Assembly (NCBI GenBank): GCA_016283195.1 | Contig: JAEEML010000088.1 | Span: 1-45,244 of the forward strand | Length of the DNA stretch: 45,244 nt | From: Deltaproteobacteria bacterium | GTDB lineage: Bacteria; JAEEML01 | Direction: 5' to 3' | In this document: piece after piece, positions 19,377 through 28,268 of the stretch | Position numbering within the stretch: position 1 is the first letter of the stretch | How the letters are laid out: each line of letters starts with the position of its first letter | The notes under the pieces: model-generated | Seen by the model: only the letters and a program-made list of their open reading frames with translations | The model's database searches: none | Told to the model about the DNA's origin: nothing | Program-made: the position numbers and the translations under genes

Positions 19377-19964
19377 ATGTCTGATCAGAATATTGAAGCC
19401 CAGAATGCTAGCGAGAGCGCTGCCCCGGCCGCTGCTGCGGTACCGGGTTTTGAGCCGGCTCCCGAAGGTGCCATAAAGGAAAAAAAGAAACGGCCCGTAG
19501 AAACTATCGGTTCGAGTCTTAGTATTGACTCCCTTATGGATATTATGACCATTCTCCTGGTCTTCCTACTTAAGAGCTACTCCGCCGACCCGGTGCAAAT
19601 CAAACAGGCCCCGGGCCTGAGCTTGCCTTTCGCCACTTCCGAATTAAAGCCAGAAGAAGCTACAGCTATCACCATTACTTCCACTTCTATCACCGTCGAT
19701 GATAAAAAAGTGGTTGCTCTGGAGGATGGCAAGCCCAACCAGGCTGATATCGCCGGTGACCACCTGATTCAGCCGCTCCTTGATTCCCTCGTTGAAGCCG
19801 TTGACCATCAAAAACGCATCGGCCAAATGAATAAAAAGGAATTTAGCGGAATAGTCACTGTCGTTGCCGACCGCCACATGTCTTTTAATATGCTCATAAA
19901 GATTATGTACACAGCCGGCCAAGCTCAATTCAGCAAATATAAATTTGCGGTCATAAAGAGCTAA
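19377..19964 (+). CDS. ExbD/TolR-like subunit (AglS-like)
   Basis: LSIDSLMDIMTILLVFLLKSYS, VVADRHMSFNMLIKIMYTAGQAQFSKYKFAV. Confidence 0.88.
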   Translation: MSDQNIEAQNASESAAPAAAAVPGFEPAPEGAIKEKKKRPVETIGSSLSIDSLMDIMTILLVFLLKSYSADPVQIKQAPGLSLPFATSELKPEEATAITITSTSITVDDKKVVALEDGKPNQADIAGDHLIQPLLDSLVEAVDHQKRIGQMNKKEFSGIVTVVADRHMSFNMLIKIMYTAGQAQFSKYKFAVIKS

Positions 19965-20005
19965 AAAACTTACCTTACAGCATGGTATCGTAGCGGTGAC
20001 ATTAA

Positions 20006-21406
20006 ATGGTTGATGCAAATTCTTCAAATGTCAGAGCACCAAGAGGACCGGTAGCGCAGGCTAATACCAGTCAGCATAAAGTACTGCGCATTCTGGTTTT
20101 AGAGGGGCGCAAGGTCATTGAAGATAAGCTTTTGCGCAAACCGCAGAAGGTTAATATCTCCTGTGATGCCAGCAAAAAAGCCACCATCAATATCCCCAGT
20201 GTCGGCGTGCCACAACACCACTTGCTCTTTGAACCGGCTAAAGGCGGTTATACCCTCTATTTTACCGATAAAATGGGCGGCCGCCTATCGAATGCCAGCG
20301 GTCAAGCGGATTTACAAACTCTTAGACATCACCAGGGTGTTGTAAATCGCGGCGGCATTTACGCTATCTTCATAGATGAAAACACCAAAGGCAAAGTGTT
20401 TTTTGGGGAAGATGCCGTTATTCTCTTTCAATTTGTTGCGCAGCCGCCGGAGCCCAAAGCCGAAAAACTAAATCTTTCCATTAAAGATACTCTGGCTCAC
20501 AGCATAGACTGGATTTTTATGCTGCTTTTAGCCGGTGCTTTTCTTTTTGAAACCGGCTTTGTTTATACTCTCTATCATACACCCATGCCGCCGGAAAAAT
20601 CCTTTGATGAAGTTAACGAGCGCTGGGCGGCCCTCATTGTTCCCGACTTAAAACGGGAAGAAAAACCCCCGGAACCGGAACAAAAAGATGGAGAAGGGCC
20701 TTCTACTAAAAAGAAAGAAGAGCCCCAAAAGATGGAGAAGCAGGATACTTCCAAGATGAGCGAGTCGCAAAAGGAGGCATATACTGCCGCCCGCAAAGAA
20801 AAAGCTCGCTCTCTCGTGGCCGGCAAAGGCGTTTTGGCTATGATCGGCACTGCCGGAGAAGGCTCTGCCAGCGGTTTTGTGGCTGATGTTTTTGGCCAAA
20901 ATGCCGGCATCAGCGAAGGTGCTTTTGATGGCATCACGGGCATCGGTGTGGCAACAGGAGACGGCGAACGCACAAGACGCGGTGGCTCAGCTGTCGGCGA
21001 CGCTGCCAGCATTGATAAGCTCGGCACATCCGGCGGCGGCCAGGTAGCTTCCGGCACCAAAAAAGAGACTAAGGTGTCATCGGTTGTAAAAAGTGAGGCT
21101 CCGGAAGTTGACGGCGATCTCGATCCCAATGCCGTAGCCAAATATGTTAAAGCGCGCATGACCTCTATCAAAGAATGCTATGAGCGTGAACTAAAGCGCG
21201 ACCCCAAACTGGCCGGCAAACTTACTATTTCTTTTACTATTGAAACCGATGGCAAAATTTCGGAAACTTATGTAGAAAGCAACACCATGGGCAATAAAAA
21301 TGTGGCCAATTGTATCACCGGCCGCATCAGAAGCTGGCGCTTTCCCAAGCCCAAAGGCGGTAGCGTCACGGTGGCCTATCCCTTTATTTTCTCGCCAAGT
21401 ACCTGA
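20006..21406 (+). CDS. GltG/PglI(AgmX)-like energy transducer: cytoplasmic FHA-like region, TM helix, charged/Gly-rich linker, TonB-C-like domain
   Basis: TM at ~aa 168-190. C-terminal IKECYERELKRDPKLAGKLTISFTIETDG...CITGRIRSWRFPKPKGGSVTVAYPFIF. Confidence 0.85.
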   Translation: MVDANSSNVRAPRGPVAQANTSQHKVLRILVLEGRKVIEDKLLRKPQKVNISCDASKKATINIPSVGVPQHHLLFEPAKGGYTLYFTDKMGGRLSNASGQADLQTLRHHQGVVNRGGIYAIFIDENTKGKVFFGEDAVILFQFVAQPPEPKAEKLNLSIKDTLAHSIDWIFMLLLAGAFLFETGFVYTLYHTPMPPEKSFDEVNERWAALIVPDLKREEKPPEPEQKDGEGPSTKKKEEPQKMEKQDTSKMSESQKEAYTAARKEKARSLVAGKGVLAMIGTAGEGSASGFVADVFGQNAGISEGAFDGITGIGVATGDGERTRRGGSAVGDAASIDKLGTSGGGQVASGTKKETKVSSVVKSEAPEVDGDLDPNAVAKYVKARMTSIKECYERELKRDPKLAGKLTISFTIETDGKISETYVESNTMGNKNVANCITGRIRSWRFPKPKGGSVTVAYPFIFSPST

Positions 21407-21525
21407 TTCTGCTTATTCTCAGCTCTCTTTCGGCTAAAAAGCCATTGAAGAAATTAAGAATAATTAGTAAAAGAGGCTTTTGTCCTAGTAAAGGACAAGT
21501 GTAATAAACAAAGGCAGGCGGTTAA

Positions 21526-23514
21526 ATGCCGGAATTGGGGTCAATAATTGGCGATCGTTATGAGCTCATAAGCGAACTGGGCCAAGGAGCCATGAGTATC
21601 GTCTATGCCGCACGTGACCTGCGCCTAAACAGGCAGGTGGCCATTAAAATGCTCCTGCCGCATCTTGCCGGTAAAGAAGAAGCGGTACTGCGCTTTCAGC
21701 GCGAAGCAGCCGCAGTGGCCAGGCTTGATGAGCACCCCAATATTGTCCGCATTTATGATTATAGCGGCCCGGATGTAACTCCGGCCTACCTCGTTATGGA
21801 ACTGGTATCCGGCCCTACTCTGGCCACCTTTATGGCCAGCCATCCTCTGTCCTGGCCGGATCTTGCTGCCATTATTGTAGAACCTCTGGCCAGAGCTCTG
21901 GCTGTGGCTCACGAAACCGGAATCATTCACCGCGATATTAAGCCGGAAAATATCATGTTTAGCTCTGCCGGCCAGATTAAACTGGTGGATTTTGGCATTG
22001 CCAGAGCTGTTGGCAGTGCCACACTCACTTCCACCGGAGCACTCATGGGCTCACCGGCTTATATGGCGCCGGAATATATCAACGGCGAGCCGCCGGATAT
22101 AAGAGCCGATATTTATTCCTTGGGGATTCTGCTCTATCACCTGGTCACCTCGGCTATGCCTTTTGAAGCCTCAAATCCGGCGGCGCTTTTTAAAAAAATC
22201 TGCTCCGGTGAATTTTCCCCGCCGGAACAATTCGAGCCCAAAGTAAGCCGCCAGTTAAATAGCGTAATTTGCAAGGCACTAGCCTTAAACCGCGCAGAAC
22301 GCTTTCAAAGTGCCGCTGAACTGGCCAAAGCTTTACAAGATATCGCCAATACTCTTTCACTCGGCCCGATAGATGAAGCTCTGGCAGCCTATTATGCCGC
22401 GCCTGAGCAATATATTGCCGAAAAACTGCCACTCTGGCTGGAGGGGGAAAAAGAGGCGGCCCGGCAGGCTGCCGCTGCCCGGCACACCGGCGAAGCCCTG
22501 GCTCATTATGAGCGTCTTTGCACCTTTTGCCCGGATAATCAGGAACTGGCCGGCGCCATAAAGCACCTCTTAAAAAAAGAGTGGCGCTGCCATTTTGCCA
22601 AAACCTTGCTGATCGTTCTTCTTATAATACTTCTTTTAAGCGGCGGCGCTTTTACTCTTTTTTGGACTCTGCCGCCGGACGAAGTGGACGCACCTCTAAA
22701 TGATGCCCTAAGCGATAGCGCCATGCTGCCGGAGATAACCGGCGCCAATAGCTCCGATGCTGTAACGGATATTAAAAATCCGCCAAACGATACCATAACC
22801 GATAAAGCGCCTATTAAGCCGCCGGCAGAAAATATGGCGGCTAAAACCAGGCCGGCAGTACAAAAAATTCGCGCTCTGGTTGATAAAACTACCCATAAAA
22901 GACGCGAGCGTAATATTCCTGCGCCGCCTCCGGCACAGGCGGCCAAGGTGGAAGATCCTTCTTCTGCCGCCCTCTCTCCGGCCGCTAAAACACCAAAGAC
23001 TCCTCCCCCGGCCGAAGACGCTACAGCGGAAAACCAAGTATTGCCAGTGAGTTCAAAAGCAGAAACGCCAAAAATTCCAGTGACTTTTCATGCCTTTCCC
23101 TTTGCCTCTATTTGGATTGACAATAAGCTGGCCGCCCAAAATGCCATGACGCCCATAACTGTCAATTTATCACCTGGCACCCATAAAGTCCGCTTTGAGC
23201 ATCCGGCCGCGCACACGCTCGAAGAGACTTATTCAATAGACGAAAAAAATAACGAACCTGCCTTCCGCGTGCACATGCAGCCCTTGCCGGCCAAATTAAT
23301 TCTGGATATTCCCGAGGGCTCTCTGGTAGAACTGGGAGATGAGCGCTGGCTAACCAGCCCCTATAGCAAAAACGAAGGCCACATTGTAGAATTACCTGAC
23401 AAAGCCTTCCGTCACAGCTATAAGGTAACAATAACGGAGCCGGGGCGTTCTCCCTGGAGCAAGGTTGTTGAATTTAAGGCCGGAGAAACAGTGCGGCTCA
23501 CTTCCGGAAGATGA
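21526..23514 (+). CDS. Membrane Ser/Thr protein kinase with Pro/Ala linker and PEGA-like C-terminal domains
   Basis: GQGAMSIVY, VAIK, HRDIKPEN, DFG, GSPAYMAPE, TM (LLIVLLIILLLSGGAFTLFW), PFASIWIDN...TPITVNLSPGTHKVRFEHP. Confidence 0.9.
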   Translation: MPELGSIIGDRYELISELGQGAMSIVYAARDLRLNRQVAIKMLLPHLAGKEEAVLRFQREAAAVARLDEHPNIVRIYDYSGPDVTPAYLVMELVSGPTLATFMASHPLSWPDLAAIIVEPLARALAVAHETGIIHRDIKPENIMFSSAGQIKLVDFGIARAVGSATLTSTGALMGSPAYMAPEYINGEPPDIRADIYSLGILLYHLVTSAMPFEASNPAALFKKICSGEFSPPEQFEPKVSRQLNSVICKALALNRAERFQSAAELAKALQDIANTLSLGPIDEALAAYYAAPEQYIAEKLPLWLEGEKEAARQAAAARHTGEALAHYERLCTFCPDNQELAGAIKHLLKKEWRCHFAKTLLIVLLIILLLSGGAFTLFWTLPPDEVDAPLNDALSDSAMLPEITGANSSDAVTDIKNPPNDTITDKAPIKPPAENMAAKTRPAVQKIRALVDKTTHKRRERNIPAPPPAQAAKVEDPSSAALSPAAKTPKTPPPAEDATAENQVLPVSSKAETPKIPVTFHAFPFASIWIDNKLAAQNAMTPITVNLSPGTHKVRFEHPAAHTLEETYSIDEKNNEPAFRVHMQPLPAKLILDIPEGSLVELGDERWLTSPYSKNEGHIVELPDKAFRHSYKVTITEPGRSPWSKVVEFKAGETVRLTSGR

Positions 23515-23529
23515 GCGTAAGAGGCTAAT

Positions 23530-24444
23530 GTGGCATTTCGCATAAATATCGGCGCTATTACTTTGGCCATTATTTTGAATCTTTGGCCCCTCTTAGTGCA
23601 CGCCCAAATGCCGGCGCCGCCCTCGCCACCGCCACCCTCTGCCGGAGATCCTGCGGAAGGAGCATTTTCCCCCACCGACACCTTCAGGCTGGGCAAAAAT
23701 CAATTTACCCACGGCCAATATGATGAAGCTATAAGCAACATAACCGCCGTTATTTATCCTCTGAGCCTGGACTCGGAAGACGATGTAGTGGAAGCCAGGC
23801 GTATTTTGGCTATTGCATATTATCTCACCGGGCATAAGGATCTTGCCACTACCGAATTCACCAAATTGCTCTATTTGCGCCCTCTTTATAAGCTGGATCC
23901 TTTCTTAGTGGCCCCATCCATTATCGAATTTTTTGAACAAATCAGAAAAAAATTAAAGCCGCAGTTAGACCCGCTCATTATGTCCGAAGTAGATAGTTCC
24001 AAACAAGCCAGCAGTGCTCTAAGCGGCAAATCTATCCGCGTGGAATATCACTATAATTCCCGGGCTCTTACTTTTTTCCCTTTTGGCATCGGCCAATTGC
24101 AAAACGGCGACAAAGCCTTGGGCTATACCTCGCTGGCCGTGCAAACCTCGGCACTCACACTAAATATTGTTTCGGCCATTGTGGCTTATCGCAGCAACAA
24201 TAGCTATTCTGCTCTTTTAAGGGCCAATGCCGCCGGCGAAGACCCTTGGCAAAAGGAGCGTTTGCAAGAGCTCTCAAGCCGCAGCAAGGCCATGATGATT
24301 ACCAATATAATAGCGGCCAGTGTCTTCACTCTCACCTGGTTTTTAAGCGCTGTCCACGCCAATTATCGCTATGTACCTTATCGCACGGAAATCTCCAGCG
24401 AAGACGTGGACCAAGCTCTGCTTAACGGGGGAGAAAGGCCGTGA
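23530..24444 (+). CDS. Exported TPR-like protein with hydrophobic C-terminal segments
   Basis: Signal peptide (LVHA-Q), poly-Pro, TPR-like helices (GQYDEAI, ARRILAIAYYLTG, F..LL.L.P.Y.LDP), PFGIGQLQNG motif. Confidence 0.7.
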   Translation: MAFRINIGAITLAIILNLWPLLVHAQMPAPPSPPPPSAGDPAEGAFSPTDTFRLGKNQFTHGQYDEAISNITAVIYPLSLDSEDDVVEARRILAIAYYLTGHKDLATTEFTKLLYLRPLYKLDPFLVAPSIIEFFEQIRKKLKPQLDPLIMSEVDSSKQASSALSGKSIRVEYHYNSRALTFFPFGIGQLQNGDKALGYTSLAVQTSALTLNIVSAIVAYRSNNSYSALLRANAAGEDPWQKERLQELSSRSKAMMITNIIAASVFTLTWFLSAVHANYRYVPYRTEISSEDVDQALLNGGERP

Positions 24445-25310
24445 CTTTCATTCATAAATACATAGATGAAGAGTATGCCGACCTCTATGAAAAAGAGTAT
24501 ATAAAGCGCTTTGGTAAACCGTTTGCCATGCTGCTCTGGAAGGCGCTCCATCTCAATTTAAGCGCGGACCAAAAACTCATTGACTTTTCGGCCAGTCACG
24601 GTTTTCCCTCACTTTTATTTTTGCGCAAACTCTCGCCCGGCAGCCAGATTGTGGCTTTAAGCGAAGATTATATTGCTTTGCGCTATTTGCATCTTTTGGC
24701 CGGAGCTGAAGACAATAAGCGTATTTTTGCCCGTTTTCAAGAAGATGGGCGCACTCCGCTGGCCGGCAACTACTTTGATGCCGGATATTTAAATCTGGCT
24801 TTTGATGCCATAAGTAATATTCCTGTTTCCTTAAGCGAATTGGCCCGCGTGGTAAAGCCCGGCGGCCAGGTGGCGCTGGTGGCTCCGCTCCAGGACAGCT
24901 TAAGCGAAATATACGACCTGGTGGCCACTATTTTAAATACCATGGAAGAGCCGGAATATTTGGCCGAACTGATGAATAACCGCCTTGATGCCGCCGATGA
25001 GCCTTGGCTTTTGGAAACCATGCGCAGTGCCAATGTACAAAATGTCAAACTCTATCGCACCACCTTCTCGGTGGAGTTGCCGCAGGGCTCTTATGTGAGC
25101 CGCGACCCTTTAATGAACCGCTTTTTGCTGCGCCAAGTCATGCGCACCTTGCCCTCAAAAATGCAAAAAGTCATTCTCCATCGCTTAAGCGCCATCCGCG
25201 CCGCCGCCCCGTTTAATATGCAGGTAACAGCCGCCTGCGCTATCGGCCAGGCCCCAAATTCTCCGGAATTGCCTTTGGCTGAGCGGCTAAATAGAGCCAG
25301 GGTTACTTAA
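24441..25310 (+). CDS. Class I SAM-methyltransferase-like protein, degenerate motif I
   Basis: PLAGNYFD and LSELARVVKPGGQV post-motifs are present, but motif I reads LIDFSASHG rather than LDxGxGxG. GTGA overlap with the upstream gene. Confidence 0.65.
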   Translation: MTFIHKYIDEEYADLYEKEYIKRFGKPFAMLLWKALHLNLSADQKLIDFSASHGFPSLLFLRKLSPGSQIVALSEDYIALRYLHLLAGAEDNKRIFARFQEDGRTPLAGNYFDAGYLNLAFDAISNIPVSLSELARVVKPGGQVALVAPLQDSLSEIYDLVATILNTMEEPEYLAELMNNRLDAADEPWLLETMRSANVQNVKLYRTTFSVELPQGSYVSRDPLMNRFLLRQVMRTLPSKMQKVILHRLSAIRAAAPFNMQVTAACAIGQAPNSPELPLAERLNRARVT

Positions 25311-25401
25311 GATAGCTTTTTTCGCCCTTAAAAGACAAATTGCCAATTGCTTTACGCGGCAAAACTTGCATAATGGGAGCCTGTAACGGAGGCCGCAGAG
25401 C

Positions 25402-26199
25402 GTGGTTCAGGCAATTGCAAATCATTTAGAAAATCTGCTTAAAAGCGGCGCTATCAGCCCAGCACAAATGGGGGCCATCAGCGAAGCTGAGCTCACAGCG
25501 CTCTATGCCTTCAGCCTTAAGGAGCTTGATGCCGGCCAATATGAAAACGCTCTGAAATTGCTTGGCGGCCTGACAGCTCTCGATGGCAGTAAAGCTAAAT
25601 ACTGGCGCGCGCTGGGAGTAGCCGCCCAATGCGCTTCTTTAAACAACGAAGCCCTTATGGCCTATGAAAAAGCCCTCGCCCTCGATAATAAAAGCGCTTA
25701 TATCTATATTTACCGCGCCGAAATATACCTTTTGCAAGGCAAAATCGGTGCCGCCAAAGAAGATCTGTACACCGCTTATCTCCTGCACAAAAAGCACCAA
25801 TTGGCACCGCCACTTTTGGAGCGCCTCGATAAAACCAATAAACGCCTTAAAAGCAAAGAGTCAGCCATAAGTCCGCCCCATAAAGACGCTGCCCGGCCGG
25901 CACCACCCCAAAAAGCGGAAAAAACAGAAAAAGCCGCGCTTAAAACCGGAATTTCCCAGAGTTTCGACGAAGATTTGGAAAAAACGCTCACCGCTATAAA
26001 AGCCATAGAAAAGCCGTCTGTAGCCGCAAATAGCGAGAAAATGGCGGCGCACAGTATTAAAGCTCCATTGCCGCATAAAAAGCCGGCCGCCAAAGAAGAG
26101 GCGCTGGATGCGGAAGAGGCCACTAAAACAGCTATAAAAGCCCCTTTTGACCCGGAAGTCACCAAAACATCCATAAAGCCGATTAAAGGGGCTCCGTAA
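25402..26199 (+). CDS. SycD/LcrH-like TPR chaperone with low-complexity C-terminal extension
   Basis: GAISEAELTALYAF...AGQYENA..L...L.ALD...KYW.ALG...Q.......A...Y..A..LD.......Y.AE..L..G....A pattern. GGAGG RBS, GTG start. Confidence 0.7.
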   Translation: MVQAIANHLENLLKSGAISPAQMGAISEAELTALYAFSLKELDAGQYENALKLLGGLTALDGSKAKYWRALGVAAQCASLNNEALMAYEKALALDNKSAYIYIYRAEIYLLQGKIGAAKEDLYTAYLLHKKHQLAPPLLERLDKTNKRLKSKESAISPPHKDAARPAPPQKAEKTEKAALKTGISQSFDEDLEKTLTAIKAIEKPSVAANSEKMAAHSIKAPLPHKKPAAKEEALDAEEATKTAIKAPFDPEVTKTSIKPIKGAP

Positions 26200-26591
26200 T
26201 GGAGACAGGCGGCAAAAAGATAAGTGCGGAACTCTTAAATCCGGAAGAAACTTCTCTGCCGGCGGTTTATGATGAGGCCATAGCCGTTGATTATCAGGAA
26301 CTCTCCAACCTCGCCTGCTGGCTTGATGTCGTTACCACCATTATTACCGGCAGCGATGAATTAAATACCGCCACGCTCACCGAAGCACTTTTGGCCGGTG
26401 CGCGCTATAACGGGGCCGATTTAGAAGAGCTGGCCGCCGAATTTCCGTCTCCCGGCAGCACTAAACTGCCGGGCCAAAATATAGATGCCGAAGCCATCTG
26501 TATGGCCCTCTGCACTGCCAGTGAAGCTCTCATAGAGCAGCTTTTGCTCTCCCTTGCCGAGCAGCGCACCATTAAAGCACGGCGAATTTAA
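26199..26591 (+). CDS. Hypothetical acidic helical protein
   Basis: TAATG stop/start overlap with the SycD-like gene. No motif recognised. Confidence 0.65.
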   Translation: METGGKKISAELLNPEETSLPAVYDEAIAVDYQELSNLACWLDVVTTIITGSDELNTATLTEALLAGARYNGADLEELAAEFPSPGSTKLPGQNIDAEAICMALCTASEALIEQLLLSLAEQRTIKARRI

Positions 26592-26703
26592 ATTTGTTTC
26601 ACAAATCTGGGCAAAAAATACCTCTTGCCTAGATTTCCTAACTGTGTTGTTATGCTCGTTTTGTGCAAGCTACCGCAAAGCGTAGCCAAAGTGGAGGTTA
26701 TTT

Positions 26704-27915
26704 ATGAAAAAAGCTGGTTGGTTTCTCTTCTTATGTGCAGCTCTTTGTTTAAGCACTGCCGCATGCAACAAGAATAACGAGGGCAACAAAAGCGGGGAAA
26801 ATTCCAAGGAAAATAACAATGATAGCAATAAAGTCAGCGGCGAGTGCGAAAAGGGTAAATTCGGCCCGGATTGCCAGCCCTGTACCTGTAAAAACGGCAC
26901 TTGCAATGATGGCAAAGAAGGCAGCGGCGAGTGCGTATTTTGCGAAAAAGGCTTTTATGGGAAAAATTGCGAAAATCAATGCGCATGTAACAGCTTGCAA
27001 ACCTGCATAGGCGGCCCGAACGGCACCGGTTGCCAATGCAAAAACGGCGGGACAGGCAGCGATTGTAGCGATACTTTATCCGATGAAGACGATTTCTGCC
27101 TGCCAAACACTTTCGGCCCAGAATGCCAACCCTGCACTTGTGTCACCACTAACGGCTTTTGTGATGACGGTAAAGAGGGCGGCGGCGCATGCCTCTCCTG
27201 CTACTTTGGCTATTACGGCGCGAATTGCGAACATGAGTGCGAGTGTGCAGATAGCCAGGTGTGCAATGACGACATTACCGGCATCGGTTGTAAATGCTCC
27301 GGCGGCTTTACAGGCGATGATTGCTCCACTTGTTCTTTAACCGAAGGGCAAAAAGGCACTTTTACGGATCAGCGCGATGGCAAAGAATACGCCACCGTAG
27401 TTATAAATTGCCAGGTTTGGCTGGCAGAAAATTTAGCCTATGCGGGCCAGGATGTAGGCTGCGACGCCAGCACCGATGATGCTGATTTTCTAAACAAATA
27501 CGGCTGCTTATATCTTTGGGAAAGTGCAAAGAAAGCTTGCCCCACTGGCTGGCATTTACCAAGCAAGATGGATCTTCACGAGCTCATTAATTATTTGTAT
27601 GTAGATGAAGAGGACGAGGCCGATAAATATGAACAAGCCTTTCTCGCCCTTATTAAAGCCGCTGCCTGGCAGGAAGAGGAAAGCAGCACTGCTACCGGCT
27701 TTGATGCTCTGCCGGCCGGCAGCTTGCGCTACTTTTTGGCAGACGGCGAATTAGTAGATAAATACAGCGTGGATTTTGGTGAAGGTGCCGAATTCTGGTC
27801 CAGTGATGTAGATGATCTGAATGCTACCACGCTGAGTTTATGGCTAGGTGAAGCCAGAGCCGTTTCCAGCTACTATAAGGACTCTTTATATTCCGTGCGT
27901 TGCATCAAAGATTAA
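26704..27915 (+). CDS. Lipoprotein with EGF-like Cys-rich repeats and C-terminal FISUMP (Fibrobacter succinogenes major paralogous) domain
   Basis: Lipobox-like STAA-C, two Cys-rich blocks, GTFTDQRDGKEYATVVINCQVWLAENLAY, YGCLYLW..A..ACPTGWHLPS, GFDALPAG, FWSS, SVRCIKD. Confidence 0.92.
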   Translation: MKKAGWFLFLCAALCLSTAACNKNNEGNKSGENSKENNNDSNKVSGECEKGKFGPDCQPCTCKNGTCNDGKEGSGECVFCEKGFYGKNCENQCACNSLQTCIGGPNGTGCQCKNGGTGSDCSDTLSDEDDFCLPNTFGPECQPCTCVTTNGFCDDGKEGGGACLSCYFGYYGANCEHECECADSQVCNDDITGIGCKCSGGFTGDDCSTCSLTEGQKGTFTDQRDGKEYATVVINCQVWLAENLAYAGQDVGCDASTDDADFLNKYGCLYLWESAKKACPTGWHLPSKMDLHELINYLYVDEEDEADKYEQAFLALIKAAAWQEEESSTATGFDALPAGSLRYFLADGELVDKYSVDFGEGAEFWSSDVDDLNATTLSLWLGEARAVSSYYKDSLYSVRCIKD

Positions 27916-27917
27916 TA

Positions 27918-28268
27918 TTAATTATCGCAGCCTTTAGCTTCCAGATATTCTGCCAGTTTTTCCACGCTCTTAGCCCCGATTCCGCGCACTCTCGTTAGGT
28001 CGCTAAGTGTGCTAAAACAGCCGTTTTGCCGGCGTTCTTTAATAATAGCCGCCGCTCTTTTTTCCCCAAGACCGGGCAAAAGCGCCAGCTCCTCAGAGGC
28101 AGCATCATTGACATTCAGCTTTCCGCCGGCGGCCAGGGGCACATTTATTTCGCCATTTGCCGGCTGCTCTATGGCTGAGCTCTCGGCGCTGCCGGGCAGC
28201 CAAGTTAAGCGCCAGAGCAGAATGAGAGCGGAAAGAGCCAGCAAAAGGAGCCAGGGAAGGCGCCGCAT
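27918..28268 (-). CDS. comEA: ComEA-family helix-hairpin-helix DNA-binding protein
   Basis: N-terminal TM, LNVNDAASEELALLPGLGEKRAAAII, DLTRVRGIGAK. Confidence 0.88.
   Translation of the reverse strand: MRRLPWLLLLALSALILLWRLTWLPGSAESSAIEQPANGEINVPLAAGGKLNVNDAASEELALLPGLGEKRAAAIIKERRQNGCFSTLSDLTRVRGIGAKSVEKLAEYLEAKGCDN

Noticed and set aside
17998-21406. Ordinary TonB-ExbBD iron uptake or Tol-Pal system
   Set aside because: No TonB-dependent receptor, tolB or pal is nearby. Two distinct ExbD-like genes, the CglF-like gene and the PglI/AgmX-type C-terminus fit the Agl/Glt family better.
27360-27915. FISUMP domain as a DGR target
   Set aside because: No second copy of its 3' region and no RT was seen in this window.
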